Source: Bacilli bacterium | Lineage (GTDB): Bacteria; Bacillota_I; Bacilli_A; RF39; UBA660 | DNA length: 64,000 nt | Direction of reading: 5' to 3' | Assembly: GCA_017411405.1 (NCBI GenBank) | Contig: JAFQQE010000012.1 | Coordinates: forward strand, 17,280-81,279 | Shown: positions 19,573 through 29,865 of the stretch, in pieces | How the letters are laid out: each line of letters opens with the position of its first letter | Position numbering within the stretch: position 1 is the first letter of the stretch | The notes under the pieces: model-generated | Seen by the model: the letters and a program-made list of their open reading frames with translations, nothing else | Told to the model about the DNA's origin: nothing | Database searches by the model: none | Made by a program: the position numbers and the translations under genes

Positions 19573-20343
19573 TTATTTAAGTTTTTTTGTCTTTTTAATT
19601 ACTTCTTCATTATTATTATAATCATTTTGTTCATTATTATAATTGTTATTTTTAATATTTGTTAAATCTTTTTTAAGTTTCTTTAATTCTTCTAAATCTT
19701 TTTTGATATCATGTTTTTCTATTTCTATTTTTCTATTATTATCTAAATTTTCTTTATTTTCATTTATAAAGTTTTCGATACTTCCATATTGCTCTTCTAC
19801 ACTTTGAACCATACTTATAAGGCTTTTTCTGATTTTTTCTTCTAATTCTTCATTTGTTTTATGTTTTAGAGGACCTTTTATTTTTATTATTTTTATTTCA
19901 TCTGTTTCCTCATTATATAGAAAATCAATTTTACTTTTTTCTTCTTTAAAATTTATTGTAGTTATAGTGTTTTTTTCTGTCATATTTTTTATAGTTAATA
20001 GAAGTGCGATAAATCCAGTAGGTTTCAATTTATAAGTGTTTTTATCTTCTTCATTTAGTTCTATTACTAAATTATATATATCTAATGTATCTAATATATT
20101 TTGATTATTGTATTTATATTCATACATTAATTTCATAGTATTTAACATATTATATATTGGTATTAAGTCTATAAATTTTGTAGTGGTTATTTGTTTTTCG
20201 TTTAATATGTTTAAGTTGCTTAATCTTTCTATATTTAATATATATCCATTATCTGCTAAATCTTTTAGCAAATTACCCATAAAAGTTATTTTCATTAAAT
20301 AAGTAGCTATGATTGAACTTATCCAAGCTATTATAAATTGCAT
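19573..20343 (-). CDS. hypothetical membrane-anchored coiled-coil protein
   Basis: N-terminal hydrophobic helix and a Lys/Glu/Asn-rich C-terminus. No family recognised. Confidence 0.45.
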   Translation of the reverse strand: MQFIIAWISSIIATYLMKITFMGNLLKDLADNGYILNIERLSNLNILNEKQITTTKFIDLIPIYNMLNTMKLMYEYKYNNQNILDTLDIYNLVIELNEEDKNTYKLKPTGFIALLLTIKNMTEKNTITTINFKEEKSKIDFLYNEETDEIKIIKIKGPLKHKTNEELEEKIRKSLISMVQSVEEQYGSIENFINENKENLDNNRKIEIEKHDIKKDLEELKKLKKDLTNIKNNNYNNEQNDYNNNEEVIKKTKKLK

Positions 20344-20486
20344 ATTCTTTTCTCCTTTATAAGAAGATATTTTAGATTATTAATTGTTGTTTGTCAATGT
20401 GTTTGTAAAACTTTATAAAATAATTATTGTTATATTGAATTATTTATTGATTTATTATAAAATATTTAATAGAGAGTAGGAATAGT

Positions 20487-22262
20487 ATGGATAAAATGGA
20501 TAATGTGAAAAAGCGAATAATAATTAGTATGTGTGCTATTGTTATGCTTATTTTAACTTTAGTTGGAATTACTTATGCATACTTTTTGTCTAAAATAGTT
20601 GGTAATACCAATGATAAAAGTATTGGTATTACTGCAGGTAGATTAGAGTTAACATATGGGGATGGAAATAATACTATCGTTGTAAAAAATTTAGTTCCTG
20701 GAAAAACTATTCAAAGTAAAACTTTTACAGTAGAGAATACTGGTACTAGTTTAGTAGAAAATTATGATGTTTATTTAGAAAATGTAGTTAATGAACTAGA
20801 GTATTATGAAGATTTAACTTATGTATTAGAGTGTACAACTGATAATGGAGAATGTAATGGTAGTAGTGGAGTATTCCCTAAAGGTGATGCTGTAATTGTT
20901 ACTAATTCAATTGATAAAGAGGTAATTCATAATTATAAATTAACTATTACTTATAATGAAACTAATACTGATCAAAGCGACGATATGAATAAAGTAGTAA
21001 GCTGTAAAGTTAATATTAAAGATGATATTGTTAATTTTAAAACTTTTAAAATATATGGAAATAGTATACAAAGTAAATTACCTAGTGAGTATCAACAAGT
21101 AGAATATATTGAAAGTACAGGTACTCAATATATTGATACAGGAGTTGCAAAATGGGAAAATGGTACAAAATTCGAACTTGATATGAAGTTTAAATCTTCC
21201 ACTACGCGTTGTTTGATGGGGTATAGTCCAAACGTAGGGTTTTATTTTGGAAAAAATGCAAGTGATAATTATGAATTAGGCTCGGCTTTTACTATGAATT
21301 TACTTGCTACAGAAAGAAGAGTTTGTACTTTTTATAGAGAAAATGATGTTGCTTATTTAAGTGTTGATGGAAAGACAATTTCAAGAAGCGTTTCACCAAC
21401 AGGTTCTGAACAAACTAACTTTTCAACCTATTTAGCAGGTTATAGTGGTAGTGGAGTGATTTTATACAACATTAAGGCATACAAAGATGATGTTCTTTTA
21501 AGAGATATGATACCTTGTTATCGTAAATCAGATGGTGAGGTAGGTATGTATGATTTAGTAAATGATGTGTTCTATACAAATACAGGAAGTGGAGAATTAA
21601 CAAAAGGAAATGATGTACCTAATATTGAAACACCTATTAAAATTGAAAGTTTAGGTGAATTTGACGAAGAAACTGGAAAATATAAAATATCAGTTAAAGT
21701 CAATGATGAATTAGGAAATGTGATTACAACTTACATTTATCTAAATGAACCTTTAAGAAAAGTAGGAAATTATGCAGATTATATAGATTTAGAAAATAGA
21801 AAAGTTGTTAGAAAAATTGCTAAAGGGATTATTGACGAAACGAGTAGTTTTGGTAAATTTGGAGGTGTAAGTAATTATTCTGCTTTCTATTTACAAAATG
21901 ATAATTTAATAAGTAGAAAAAATCATAAAAATACAAATGTTGATTTATTGTCAAACACTTTTGTGAATTATGCATGTGGTGGAGGAAATGTGAATGATTC
22001 ATGGAGTAATAGTTATCAGATTTGTGGTAGTCTTGCAGATACATATACTAGAATTGATTTTACATTACCTAATACAATTACTGATGTTGATGCTGCTAAG
22101 GACTGGTTAAAAGATAATCCTGTAGAATATTATTATCCTTTGAATAATTCGTATGAAGAAAGTATAAGTATTCCTGACTTTAGTTTGGAAGAAAGTAATA
22201 ATATAGTTGTTTGTAGTGATAACAATGTATGTGCAAGTAATATTGAAGTAGAATTTGATTGA
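20487..22262 (+). CDS. secreted protein: SipW-type signal peptide, TasA/camelysin-like domain, lectin/tail-fibre-like C-terminal modules
   Basis: The signal ends in VGITYAYFLS (TxAyF motif). AGRLELTYGDG...NLVPGKT...FTVENTGTSL resembles the Peptidase_M73/TasA core. The C-terminal part carries EYIESTGTQYIDTG and MYDLVNDVFYTNTGSG motifs. Confidence 0.6.
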   Translation: MDKMDNVKKRIIISMCAIVMLILTLVGITYAYFLSKIVGNTNDKSIGITAGRLELTYGDGNNTIVVKNLVPGKTIQSKTFTVENTGTSLVENYDVYLENVVNELEYYEDLTYVLECTTDNGECNGSSGVFPKGDAVIVTNSIDKEVIHNYKLTITYNETNTDQSDDMNKVVSCKVNIKDDIVNFKTFKIYGNSIQSKLPSEYQQVEYIESTGTQYIDTGVAKWENGTKFELDMKFKSSTTRCLMGYSPNVGFYFGKNASDNYELGSAFTMNLLATERRVCTFYRENDVAYLSVDGKTISRSVSPTGSEQTNFSTYLAGYSGSGVILYNIKAYKDDVLLRDMIPCYRKSDGEVGMYDLVNDVFYTNTGSGELTKGNDVPNIETPIKIESLGEFDEETGKYKISVKVNDELGNVITTYIYLNEPLRKVGNYADYIDLENRKVVRKIAKGIIDETSSFGKFGGVSNYSAFYLQNDNLISRKNHKNTNVDLLSNTFVNYACGGGNVNDSWSNSYQICGSLADTYTRIDFTLPNTITDVDAAKDWLKDNPVEYYYPLNNSYEESISIPDFSLEESNNIVVCSDNNVCASNIEVEFD

Positions 22263-22306
22263 TTCTACTTTTTTAATATTATATAATACTTTTGCGAGGT
22301 GTTTAT

Positions 22307-23155
22307 ATGATTTTATGTATTGTTGGACCAACTGGGGTAGGTAAAACTAAATTAAGTATTGAACTTGCTAAACGTTATAACGCAATAGTAGTTAATGGTG
22401 ATAGTATGCAAGTCTATAAACGTTTAAATATTGGAACTGCTAAAGTTACAGATTCAGAAAAAGAAGATATTCCTCATTTACTGTTTGATATAGTTGATGT
22501 TAATGATATGTATACTGTATATGATTATCAAAAGGATTTAAGAAATATATTAGAAGAAAATAAGGATAAAAATATAATTATTGTTGGTGGTACAGGTTTA
22601 TATATTAAAGCAGCTTTATATAATTATGTATTTAATGAAGAAGAGGATTCTTTAACTTATGATGAATTAAGTAATGAAGAGTTATATAAATTAGTAATGG
22701 AAAAAGATAATAATAGTGATATACATATAAATAATAGAAAAAGAATGGTAAGGTTTTTAAATAAAAGTGATAGTTTAAAAGATAAAGATAATTTATTATA
22801 TGATGTTAAATTTATAGGTCTTACTACTGATAGAGAAACTTTATATGATAGAATAAATAAAAGAGTGGATATAATGATTCAAGATGGTTTAATTGATGAG
22901 GTTAAATCTTTATATAATGAAGGAATTAGAAGTAAAGCTATAAATACTGGCATAGGTTATAAAGAATTGTATGATTATTTTGATGGTAATATAAGTTTAG
23001 AAGAAGCTATAGATTTAATTAAAGTTAGAAGTAGAAAGTATGCTAAAAGACAATATACTTGGTTTAATAATCAAATGGATATAAATTGGTTTAATGTTGA
23101 TTTTAATAATTTTAATAATACTATAGATGAAATAGTTCGATTTTTAGAGAAATAG
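22307..23155 (+). CDS. miaA: tRNA dimethylallyltransferase
   Basis: P-loop GPTGVGKT, then GDSMQVYK..NIGTAK. ATG at 22307 follows GAGGTG. Confidence 0.9.
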   Translation: MILCIVGPTGVGKTKLSIELAKRYNAIVVNGDSMQVYKRLNIGTAKVTDSEKEDIPHLLFDIVDVNDMYTVYDYQKDLRNILEENKDKNIIIVGGTGLYIKAALYNYVFNEEEDSLTYDELSNEELYKLVMEKDNNSDIHINNRKRMVRFLNKSDSLKDKDNLLYDVKFIGLTTDRETLYDRINKRVDIMIQDGLIDEVKSLYNEGIRSKAINTGIGYKELYDYFDGNISLEEAIDLIKVRSRKYAKRQYTWFNNQMDINWFNVDFNNFNNTIDEIVRFLEK

Positions 23156-23239
23156 TTTACATAAGACATTTACATTTACATGTCTTTTTTCTTGTATAAA
23201 AAAATTATGTATTATATAATTTAGTTATGGTGATAGTAT

Positions 23240-25441
23240 ATGGCAAAGAAAAAAGTAAGTAAGACAAGTACTGGTACAAAGAATAAAGTAAGTATAGAAT
23301 TTATAGGATTAATATTAATATTAATTGGTGTAATTGGTATTGGAGTATTTGGGCCTGTAGGTAGTATAATTAAACAATTTGCAATATTTTTGGTAGGTAC
23401 TTATTGTAATGTTTTAGTTTTGGCTTTAATTATACTAGGTTTATATTTCATTATAAAAAGAGATACACCTAAGTTTTATTCTATAAGATTTATTGGAATA
23501 TATATATTGAGTTTATCTATACTTGGTTTATCTCATATGAAGTTTGTGGAAAATAGTAGCAAATTTAAAGATTTTTTAGAGTTAACAATAGAGAGACTTA
23601 TGAGTATAGAGGGGCCAGAATTTACTAATTTATCTAATGCAGGTGGAGGTATTATTGGTTCTGTTTGTAGTTGGAGTTTAGATAAATTGTTTGATAATAA
23701 AGGTGCTTATATAATTTTTTATGTATTATTATTTTTTGGTGTTATATTATTATTTAATTTATCAATTGGTGATGTAGTTGATAAAATTGGTAATTTATTT
23801 AGAAGAGATAAATCTAAAGTAAAAGTTAATGTTGATGATGAAGAAGATGAAGATGTAGAAGAAGTTGTTGAAGTTAAAGAGCCTAATAGAGTTATTATAA
23901 CTAGTATGGAGGATGCTCATAATTATAATAAGAATGTTGAAGTAGAAAAAGTAGAACAAGTAAATAGAACTGATATAGTACAAGAGAAAACTAATTATAG
24001 ATTACCTTCGTTAGATTTACTCGATCCTATTAAGAAAAACAAGAAAGCAAGTACAACTGAATTTTTAACTAAAACCAAAGATGCTTTGGAAAAGGTTTTA
24101 AATGATTTTCAAATACATGGTAAGGTTGTTGAAATTCATGAAGGACCTACAGTTACTCAATTTGAAGTAGAGGTTGCTAGTGGAACTAAAGTTAGTAGAA
24201 TAACAAGTATTAATAAAGAAATTGCTTTAGCTCTTGCAGCAAAAGATGTTCGTATTCAAGCACCAATTCCTGGTAAAAGTACTATCGGAGTTGAGATACC
24301 GAATCGTGTAACAAGTAGTGTTCCTATTCGTGAAGTATTATCTAATGTACCAAGTAATATGGAAAATGCTAAGATATTATTTTCTTTAGGTAAAGATATT
24401 ATGGGGAGAAATTGTTGTGCGGATATGGCAAAAATGCCACACCTTTTAGTAGCAGGATCTACTGGTAGTGGTAAGTCAGTTTGTATCAATAGTTTTATAG
24501 CAAGTATTTTGATTAGAATGAGGCCTGATGAATGTAAACTTGTGTTAGTTGACCCTAAAAAGGTTGAATTATCTAACTATAATGGTGTACCACATTTGAT
24601 GTGTCCTGTTGTAAATGATCCTAAAAAGGCTAGTATCGCATTACAAAAGATAGTTGCTGAGATGGAACATAGATATGATATGTTTAGTGAAAAAAATGTA
24701 AAAAATATAACAGGATATAATGAATGGGTTGAAAAAACTAATAAAAGTGCTAATGCAGAAATTGAAAAAAAATTGCCGTATATAGTTGTTATTATAGATG
24801 AGTTAGCAGATTTAATGTTAGTTGCAGCTAAAGAAGTTGAAGATTCAATTATGCGTATTACTCAAATGGCTCGTGCAGCTGGTATACATTTAATTGTTGC
24901 AACACAAAGACCTTCAACTGATGTTATTACTGGTGTTGTAAAAGCGAATATTCCAAGTCGTATATCTTTTGCTGTTGCTAGTCAAATTGATTCAAGAACT
25001 ATTCTTGATATGGGTGGAGCAGAAAAATTATTAGGTAAAGGTGATATGTTGTATTTACCGATGGGTGAGAATGTTCCTATACGTATTCAAGGAAACTTTA
25101 TTAGTGATGAAGAAACTCAAAGACTTATAGATTATGTATGCAAAGAACAAGTTGCTCAGTATGATAATAGTTTAACAGAAAGTGCACCTGATCATATGGC
25201 TGCTGGAAGTGATTTTGAGGTAGAAGAATATGATGATCCTCTTTATAATGAAATTGTCGAATTTGCTATAGAAACTGGTAAAATAAGTGCTTCTTTAGTT
25301 CAAAGAAGGTTTAAAGTAGGTTATAATAGAGCAGCAAGAATAATTGATTTATTAGAAGAAAGAGGTATTATTGGACCACAAAATGGTTCTAAGCCTAGAG
25401 AAGTATTAGTAAAATTGGAATCTAGTGTTGAGGAAGAATAA
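23240..25441 (+). CDS. ftsK: DNA translocase FtsK/SpoIIIE
   Basis: N-terminal TM helices, Walker A GSTGSGKS, Walker B VVIIDELADL and the gamma winged helix VQRRFKVGYNRAARIIDLLEERGIIG. Confidence 0.93.
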   Translation: MAKKKVSKTSTGTKNKVSIEFIGLILILIGVIGIGVFGPVGSIIKQFAIFLVGTYCNVLVLALIILGLYFIIKRDTPKFYSIRFIGIYILSLSILGLSHMKFVENSSKFKDFLELTIERLMSIEGPEFTNLSNAGGGIIGSVCSWSLDKLFDNKGAYIIFYVLLFFGVILLFNLSIGDVVDKIGNLFRRDKSKVKVNVDDEEDEDVEEVVEVKEPNRVIITSMEDAHNYNKNVEVEKVEQVNRTDIVQEKTNYRLPSLDLLDPIKKNKKASTTEFLTKTKDALEKVLNDFQIHGKVVEIHEGPTVTQFEVEVASGTKVSRITSINKEIALALAAKDVRIQAPIPGKSTIGVEIPNRVTSSVPIREVLSNVPSNMENAKILFSLGKDIMGRNCCADMAKMPHLLVAGSTGSGKSVCINSFIASILIRMRPDECKLVLVDPKKVELSNYNGVPHLMCPVVNDPKKASIALQKIVAEMEHRYDMFSEKNVKNITGYNEWVEKTNKSANAEIEKKLPYIVVIIDELADLMLVAAKEVEDSIMRITQMARAAGIHLIVATQRPSTDVITGVVKANIPSRISFAVASQIDSRTILDMGGAEKLLGKGDMLYLPMGENVPIRIQGNFISDEETQRLIDYVCKEQVAQYDNSLTESAPDHMAAGSDFEVEEYDDPLYNEIVEFAIETGKISASLVQRRFKVGYNRAARIIDLLEERGIIGPQNGSKPREVLVKLESSVEEE

Positions 25442-25541
25442 TATTCTTTCTTTTTAAATGTAAATAAAATGTAAAAAAATGTTTAAATTGTATGTAAATT
25501 TAAAAATATATTGTATATTATTATCATAGGAGGGTGGCTTA

Positions 25542-25742
25542 ATGATATATCCATCAATAGATAAATTGTTAAATGTTGTTGATTCAAAGTATAAACTAGT
25601 TCATATTATTAGTAAAAGAAGTAAACAAATGCATGAATATGATCATTATCAAATGAAAGAAAATGAATATGTTAATAAAAGAGAACTAGGTCGTGCTTTA
25701 GAAGAAATAGAAAAAGGATTAATAACTGTTAAAAATAAATAG
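25542..25742 (+). CDS. rpoZ: RNA polymerase omega subunit
   Basis: 66 aa. PSIDKLL...SKYKLVHIISKRSKQM is typical of Firmicute RpoZ. RBS GGAGGG upstream. Confidence 0.75.
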   Translation: MIYPSIDKLLNVVDSKYKLVHIISKRSKQMHEYDHYQMKENEYVNKRELGRALEEIEKGLITVKNK

Positions 25743-25784
25743 TTTTAATTCTTTTTTTGTGTTATACTTTTGTTGGTGATCTAA

Positions 25785-26258
25785 ATGAAGTTTAAGGTAA
25801 TAAAGAATGAAAATTATAAAGGGTCAACAGTTAAGAAAGAAAAAGATATAAACTCTTTAAATAAAGAACTTTATTCTTTAGAAAATAAATTACAAGAAAA
25901 TATATATAGTTATAATTTTATAAAGAATTGTAGGATATTTTTATATTCTTTTGATATTTTAACAATAATATCTTTATTATGTTTTAATGCTCCCTTATTT
26001 GCTATATTATCTTTGCCTATTTTAATGACTTCTTCAATAGAATTATTGTTAAATAGAGAATTGGGTTCATCTAAAAAATTGAAGCGTAATATTGAAAGAT
26101 ATACAATTAGAATTAATAATATAAAAGAAATAATAAATAGTGAGTATAGAAAAAATAATATTGAAAATATAAATTTAAGTAATGATAAAAATTGTCGAAA
26201 AACAAATAATAAAGTAAAAAAGTTAATAAAAGTGTTCGATCCTAATAAACTTGATTGA
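25785..26258 (+). CDS. hypothetical membrane protein
   Basis: Two central hydrophobic helices between charged N- and C-terminal segments. No family recognised. Confidence 0.45.
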   Translation: MKFKVIKNENYKGSTVKKEKDINSLNKELYSLENKLQENIYSYNFIKNCRIFLYSFDILTIISLLCFNAPLFAILSLPILMTSSIELLLNRELGSSKKLKRNIERYTIRINNIKEIINSEYRKNNIENINLSNDKNCRKTNNKVKKLIKVFDPNKLD

Positions 26259-26337
26259 TTATTACAATTGAGTTTTTTGTTTTTTAAAATATTTATTTTG
26301 ATAAAATTATGTGTTATAATTTTTATAGGTGTTAAAT

Positions 26338-27360
26338 ATGGATAATATTTATAATTATAAAATAGAGGATCTTGAAGATTATTTTTTAAGTATTGGTGAA
26401 AAGAAATTTAAGGCTAAACAAATATATGACTGGTTATATGTAAAAAGAGTACGTAGTTTTTATGATATGACTAATATAAAAAAAGAATTACAAGATAAAT
26501 TATCAAGTCAATTTAGTATGGAATTTATTAAAATAAAGACTATACAAAAGAGTGATTTAACTAATAAGTATTTGTTTCAATTATTAGATGGTAATTATAT
26601 TGAGGCTGTATTAATGAGACATGACTATGGGATAAGTGTATGTGTATCTAGTCAGGTTGGTTGTAATATGGGATGTAAATTTTGTGAAAGTGGTAGACTT
26701 AAAAAGGTAAGAAATTTAGAAACTTATGAAATGGTTCAAGAAATTTTATTAATTGAAAGTGATATTAAGGAAAGAATAGATTCTGTAGTTATTATGGGAA
26801 TTGGAGAGCCGTTTGATAATTATAATAATGTAATGAATTTTATTAGAATTATAAATAGTCCATATGGAATTAATATAGGGGCTAGACATATTACTGTTTC
26901 TACTTGTGGTTTAATTCCTAAGATTAAAGATTTTATGTTAGAAAATATTCAAGTTAATTTAGCTATAAGTTTACATGCACCTAATGATTTTATAAGAAAT
27001 AGTATTATGCCTGTAAACAAAGCGTATAGTTTAGTAGAATTAATTGAGGTTTTAAAGGAATATATATCAAAAACTAATAGACGAGTTACTATAGAATATG
27101 TTATGCTTAATAATGTAAATGATAGTATAGATAATGCAATGGAACTTGCTAAATTATTAAGAGGTATGAATGTATATGTCAATTTAATACCTTATAATGA
27201 AACGAGTAATTTAGAGTTTAAAAAAAGTTCTAAGGATACTGTTATGAAATTTTATGATGCTTTAAAGAAACAAGGTATTAATGTTACTATAAGAAAAGAA
27301 TTTGGTGGTAACATTGATGCAGCTTGTGGACAGCTTAGAGCTAAAGAGGTGATTAAATGA
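26338..27360 (+). CDS. rlmN: 23S rRNA/tRNA A2503 methyltransferase (radical SAM)
   Basis: CNMGCKFC cluster, MGIGEP and the C-terminal DAACGQL motif. ATG at 26338 follows AGGTG. Confidence 0.92.
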   Translation: MDNIYNYKIEDLEDYFLSIGEKKFKAKQIYDWLYVKRVRSFYDMTNIKKELQDKLSSQFSMEFIKIKTIQKSDLTNKYLFQLLDGNYIEAVLMRHDYGISVCVSSQVGCNMGCKFCESGRLKKVRNLETYEMVQEILLIESDIKERIDSVVIMGIGEPFDNYNNVMNFIRIINSPYGINIGARHITVSTCGLIPKIKDFMLENIQVNLAISLHAPNDFIRNSIMPVNKAYSLVELIEVLKEYISKTNRRVTIEYVMLNNVNDSIDNAMELAKLLRGMNVYVNLIPYNETSNLEFKKSSKDTVMKFYDALKKQGINVTIRKEFGGNIDAACGQLRAKEVIK

Positions 27361-28097
27361 AATCTTATTATTTAACTGATTCAGGAAGAGTTAGAAGTCA
27401 TAATGAAGATTCTGTTACAATTGTAAAAAATTTAACTAGTGAACATTTAATGATGGTTGCTGATGGTATGGGAGGTCATAGAGCAGGCGAGATAGCTAGT
27501 TCTATGGTGGTTACTCATTTAGGTTCTAGATTTTCTAATCTTTCTACAATTGGAACTAAATTTGATGCGGTAAACTGGTTAAATGAAAATATAAATACTA
27601 TAAATACTAATATTTTAAAATATACTGAAGAAAATCCAGAGTCAACTGGTATGGGAACAACTATAGTTTTGGCATTATTGACTAAAGATTTTCTTATATT
27701 TGGTAATATTGGTGATTCAAGTGGTTTTGTTTTAAAACAAGGCAAGTTACACAAGATAACTAAAGATCATACATTAGTTAATTTGCTTGTAGAAGCAGGA
27801 GAAATAAAGCCTGAAGAAGCTTATAATCATCCTAAAAAGAATGTATTGATGCGAGCACTTGGTACAGAAGATAAACAAGTACTTGATATATTTGATGTTG
27901 AAACGGATATTGATGCAATATTATTATGTAGTGATGGATTAACTAATATGTTAACAGTCGATCAAATAGAGAAAGTATTGAATGAAGAAGAATTAGAAAT
28001 AGAAGAAAAATTAATAAAAATAATAAAGAAGTGTAATGCTAGAGGAGGAACAGATAATATATCTATTGCTTATCTAGTTAAGGATGGTGAAGAATAA
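27357..28097 (+). CDS. stp: PP2C-family Ser/Thr phosphatase
   Basis: HNEDS, VADGMGGH and CSDGL...GGTDNIS motifs. ATGA overlap with rlmN. Confidence 0.9.
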   Translation: MKSYYLTDSGRVRSHNEDSVTIVKNLTSEHLMMVADGMGGHRAGEIASSMVVTHLGSRFSNLSTIGTKFDAVNWLNENINTINTNILKYTEENPESTGMGTTIVLALLTKDFLIFGNIGDSSGFVLKQGKLHKITKDHTLVNLLVEAGEIKPEEAYNHPKKNVLMRALGTEDKQVLDIFDVETDIDAILLCSDGLTNMLTVDQIEKVLNEEELEIEEKLIKIIKKCNARGGTDNISIAYLVKDGEE

Positions 28098-29860
28098 TGA
28101 TAATGAAGGGGCAAAAAATTAATGATCGTTATCAGATTATTAAAACGATTGGCGAAGGCGGAATGGCTAATGTTTATTTAGCTTATGATACTATTTTAGA
28201 TAGAAATGTTGCTGTTAAAGTTTTACGTGGAGACTTAGCTAATGATGAAAAATTTGTTAGACGTTTTCAAAGAGAGGCGTTATCTGCAAGTAGTTTAAGT
28301 CATCCTAATATTGTTGAAGTATATGATGTAGGAGAAGATAATGGACTATATTATATAGTTATGGAATATATTGAGGGTAAACATTTAAAACAATTATTAA
28401 AAAAACGTGGTAGTTTAACTGTAAGAGAAGTTGTAGATATAATGTTGCAAATTACAGATGGAATGAGTGCTGCTCATGATTCATATATAATTCATAGAGA
28501 TATAAAACCACAAAATATAATGATTTTAGAAAATGGTTTAATAAAAATAACTGACTTTGGTATAGCGATGGCCTTGAATGCTACACAACTTACACAAACA
28601 AACTCAGTTATGGGTAGTGTTCATTATTTACCACCCGAACAAGCTATAGGTAAGGGCGCTACAATACAAAGTGATGTATATTCAATGGGAATATTAATGT
28701 ATGAATTATTAACAGGAAATGTTCCTTATAAGGGAGAAAATGCTGTTGAAATTGCATTAAAACATATTAAAGATACAGTACCTTATATAAAATTAGAAAA
28801 TAATGAAATACCAAGTTCTGTTGCAAATGTAGTTAAAAAAAGTACTGCTAAGAATGTAAAAAACAGATATCAAGATGCAAGAGAGATGAATGAAGATTTA
28901 AAAACTTGTTTAAGTGATGTAAGGTTAGATGAAGAAGAATATGTTTTTGAATTTCCTGAAGTTGAAGATGATAAAAAATCTAAAAAAACTATTAATGATT
29001 TAGAGAATACTTCTATTATTGAAGATAAAGTACAAGAAGAAAAGGTAGTACCTAAGAAAAAAGTAGAGGAGGAAGAAATTATAAGCAAACAAATAACTCA
29101 AGAAGATGTTAAAAGTCATGAAAATAAATTACTTTTAGTATTAGCAATAGTATTTACGAGTTTAATTGTTATAGTAACTGCTATAGTGTTTTTACTTCCT
29201 AAACTTACAGAATCTCCTGATATTAAAATTCCAGATGTATCAAATCTTACAGTAATTGAAGCGGAAAATATATTAGAAGAAGCGGGCTTTAATGTTGCAA
29301 CCGAAACCAAAGATGTTACAAGTGATAAAATAGAAGTGGGAAAAGTTGTTAAAACTAGTCCTGCTGCATTAAGAACTGTCAAAGAAGGGTCTACAATCAC
29401 TTTATATATATCAATTGGAGAAGGCGGATATATATTAGAAGATCTTGTTGGTAAAAACTATATATCAGAGAAAGCTATTTTAGAAAAAATGTATAATTTA
29501 TATGTTGAAGTTATAGAAGAAGAAATAGAAGATTTAAATAAATATGAAAAAGGTATAATTATTAGGACTGAACCTGAGGTTGGAACTTTATTAAAAGAAG
29601 GAGATACTATTAAATTATATATTCCTGATTCTAGTGTATTATACCCTGATTTTACGAGTGGAGAATATAGTTTAAAAGATATAGAAAATTTTGCAGAAAA
29701 ATATAGTTTAAATTTAACAGTTGAATATGTAGAAACTAATGAGTATGAAGTTGGTGAAATATTTGAACAAAGTCGTGATGCTGGAGATATAGTAACTGAA
29801 GGACATACTTTAAAAATATTTATAGCTGAATATTTAGATGAAGAAAATTTAGGTGAATAA
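28097..29860 (+). CDS. prkC: Ser/Thr protein kinase with three PASTA repeats
   Basis: GEGGMANVY, HRDIKPQN and DFG kinase motifs, one TM helix and three C-terminal PASTA-like repeats. Confidence 0.92.
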   Translation: MIMKGQKINDRYQIIKTIGEGGMANVYLAYDTILDRNVAVKVLRGDLANDEKFVRRFQREALSASSLSHPNIVEVYDVGEDNGLYYIVMEYIEGKHLKQLLKKRGSLTVREVVDIMLQITDGMSAAHDSYIIHRDIKPQNIMILENGLIKITDFGIAMALNATQLTQTNSVMGSVHYLPPEQAIGKGATIQSDVYSMGILMYELLTGNVPYKGENAVEIALKHIKDTVPYIKLENNEIPSSVANVVKKSTAKNVKNRYQDAREMNEDLKTCLSDVRLDEEEYVFEFPEVEDDKKSKKTINDLENTSIIEDKVQEEKVVPKKKVEEEEIISKQITQEDVKSHENKLLLVLAIVFTSLIVIVTAIVFLLPKLTESPDIKIPDVSNLTVIEAENILEEAGFNVATETKDVTSDKIEVGKVVKTSPAALRTVKEGSTITLYISIGEGGYILEDLVGKNYISEKAILEKMYNLYVEVIEEEIEDLNKYEKGIIIRTEPEVGTLLKEGDTIKLYIPDSSVLYPDFTSGEYSLKDIENFAEKYSLNLTVEYVETNEYEVGEIFEQSRDAGDIVTEGHTLKIFIAEYLDEENLGE

Positions 29861-29865
29861 TTTTT

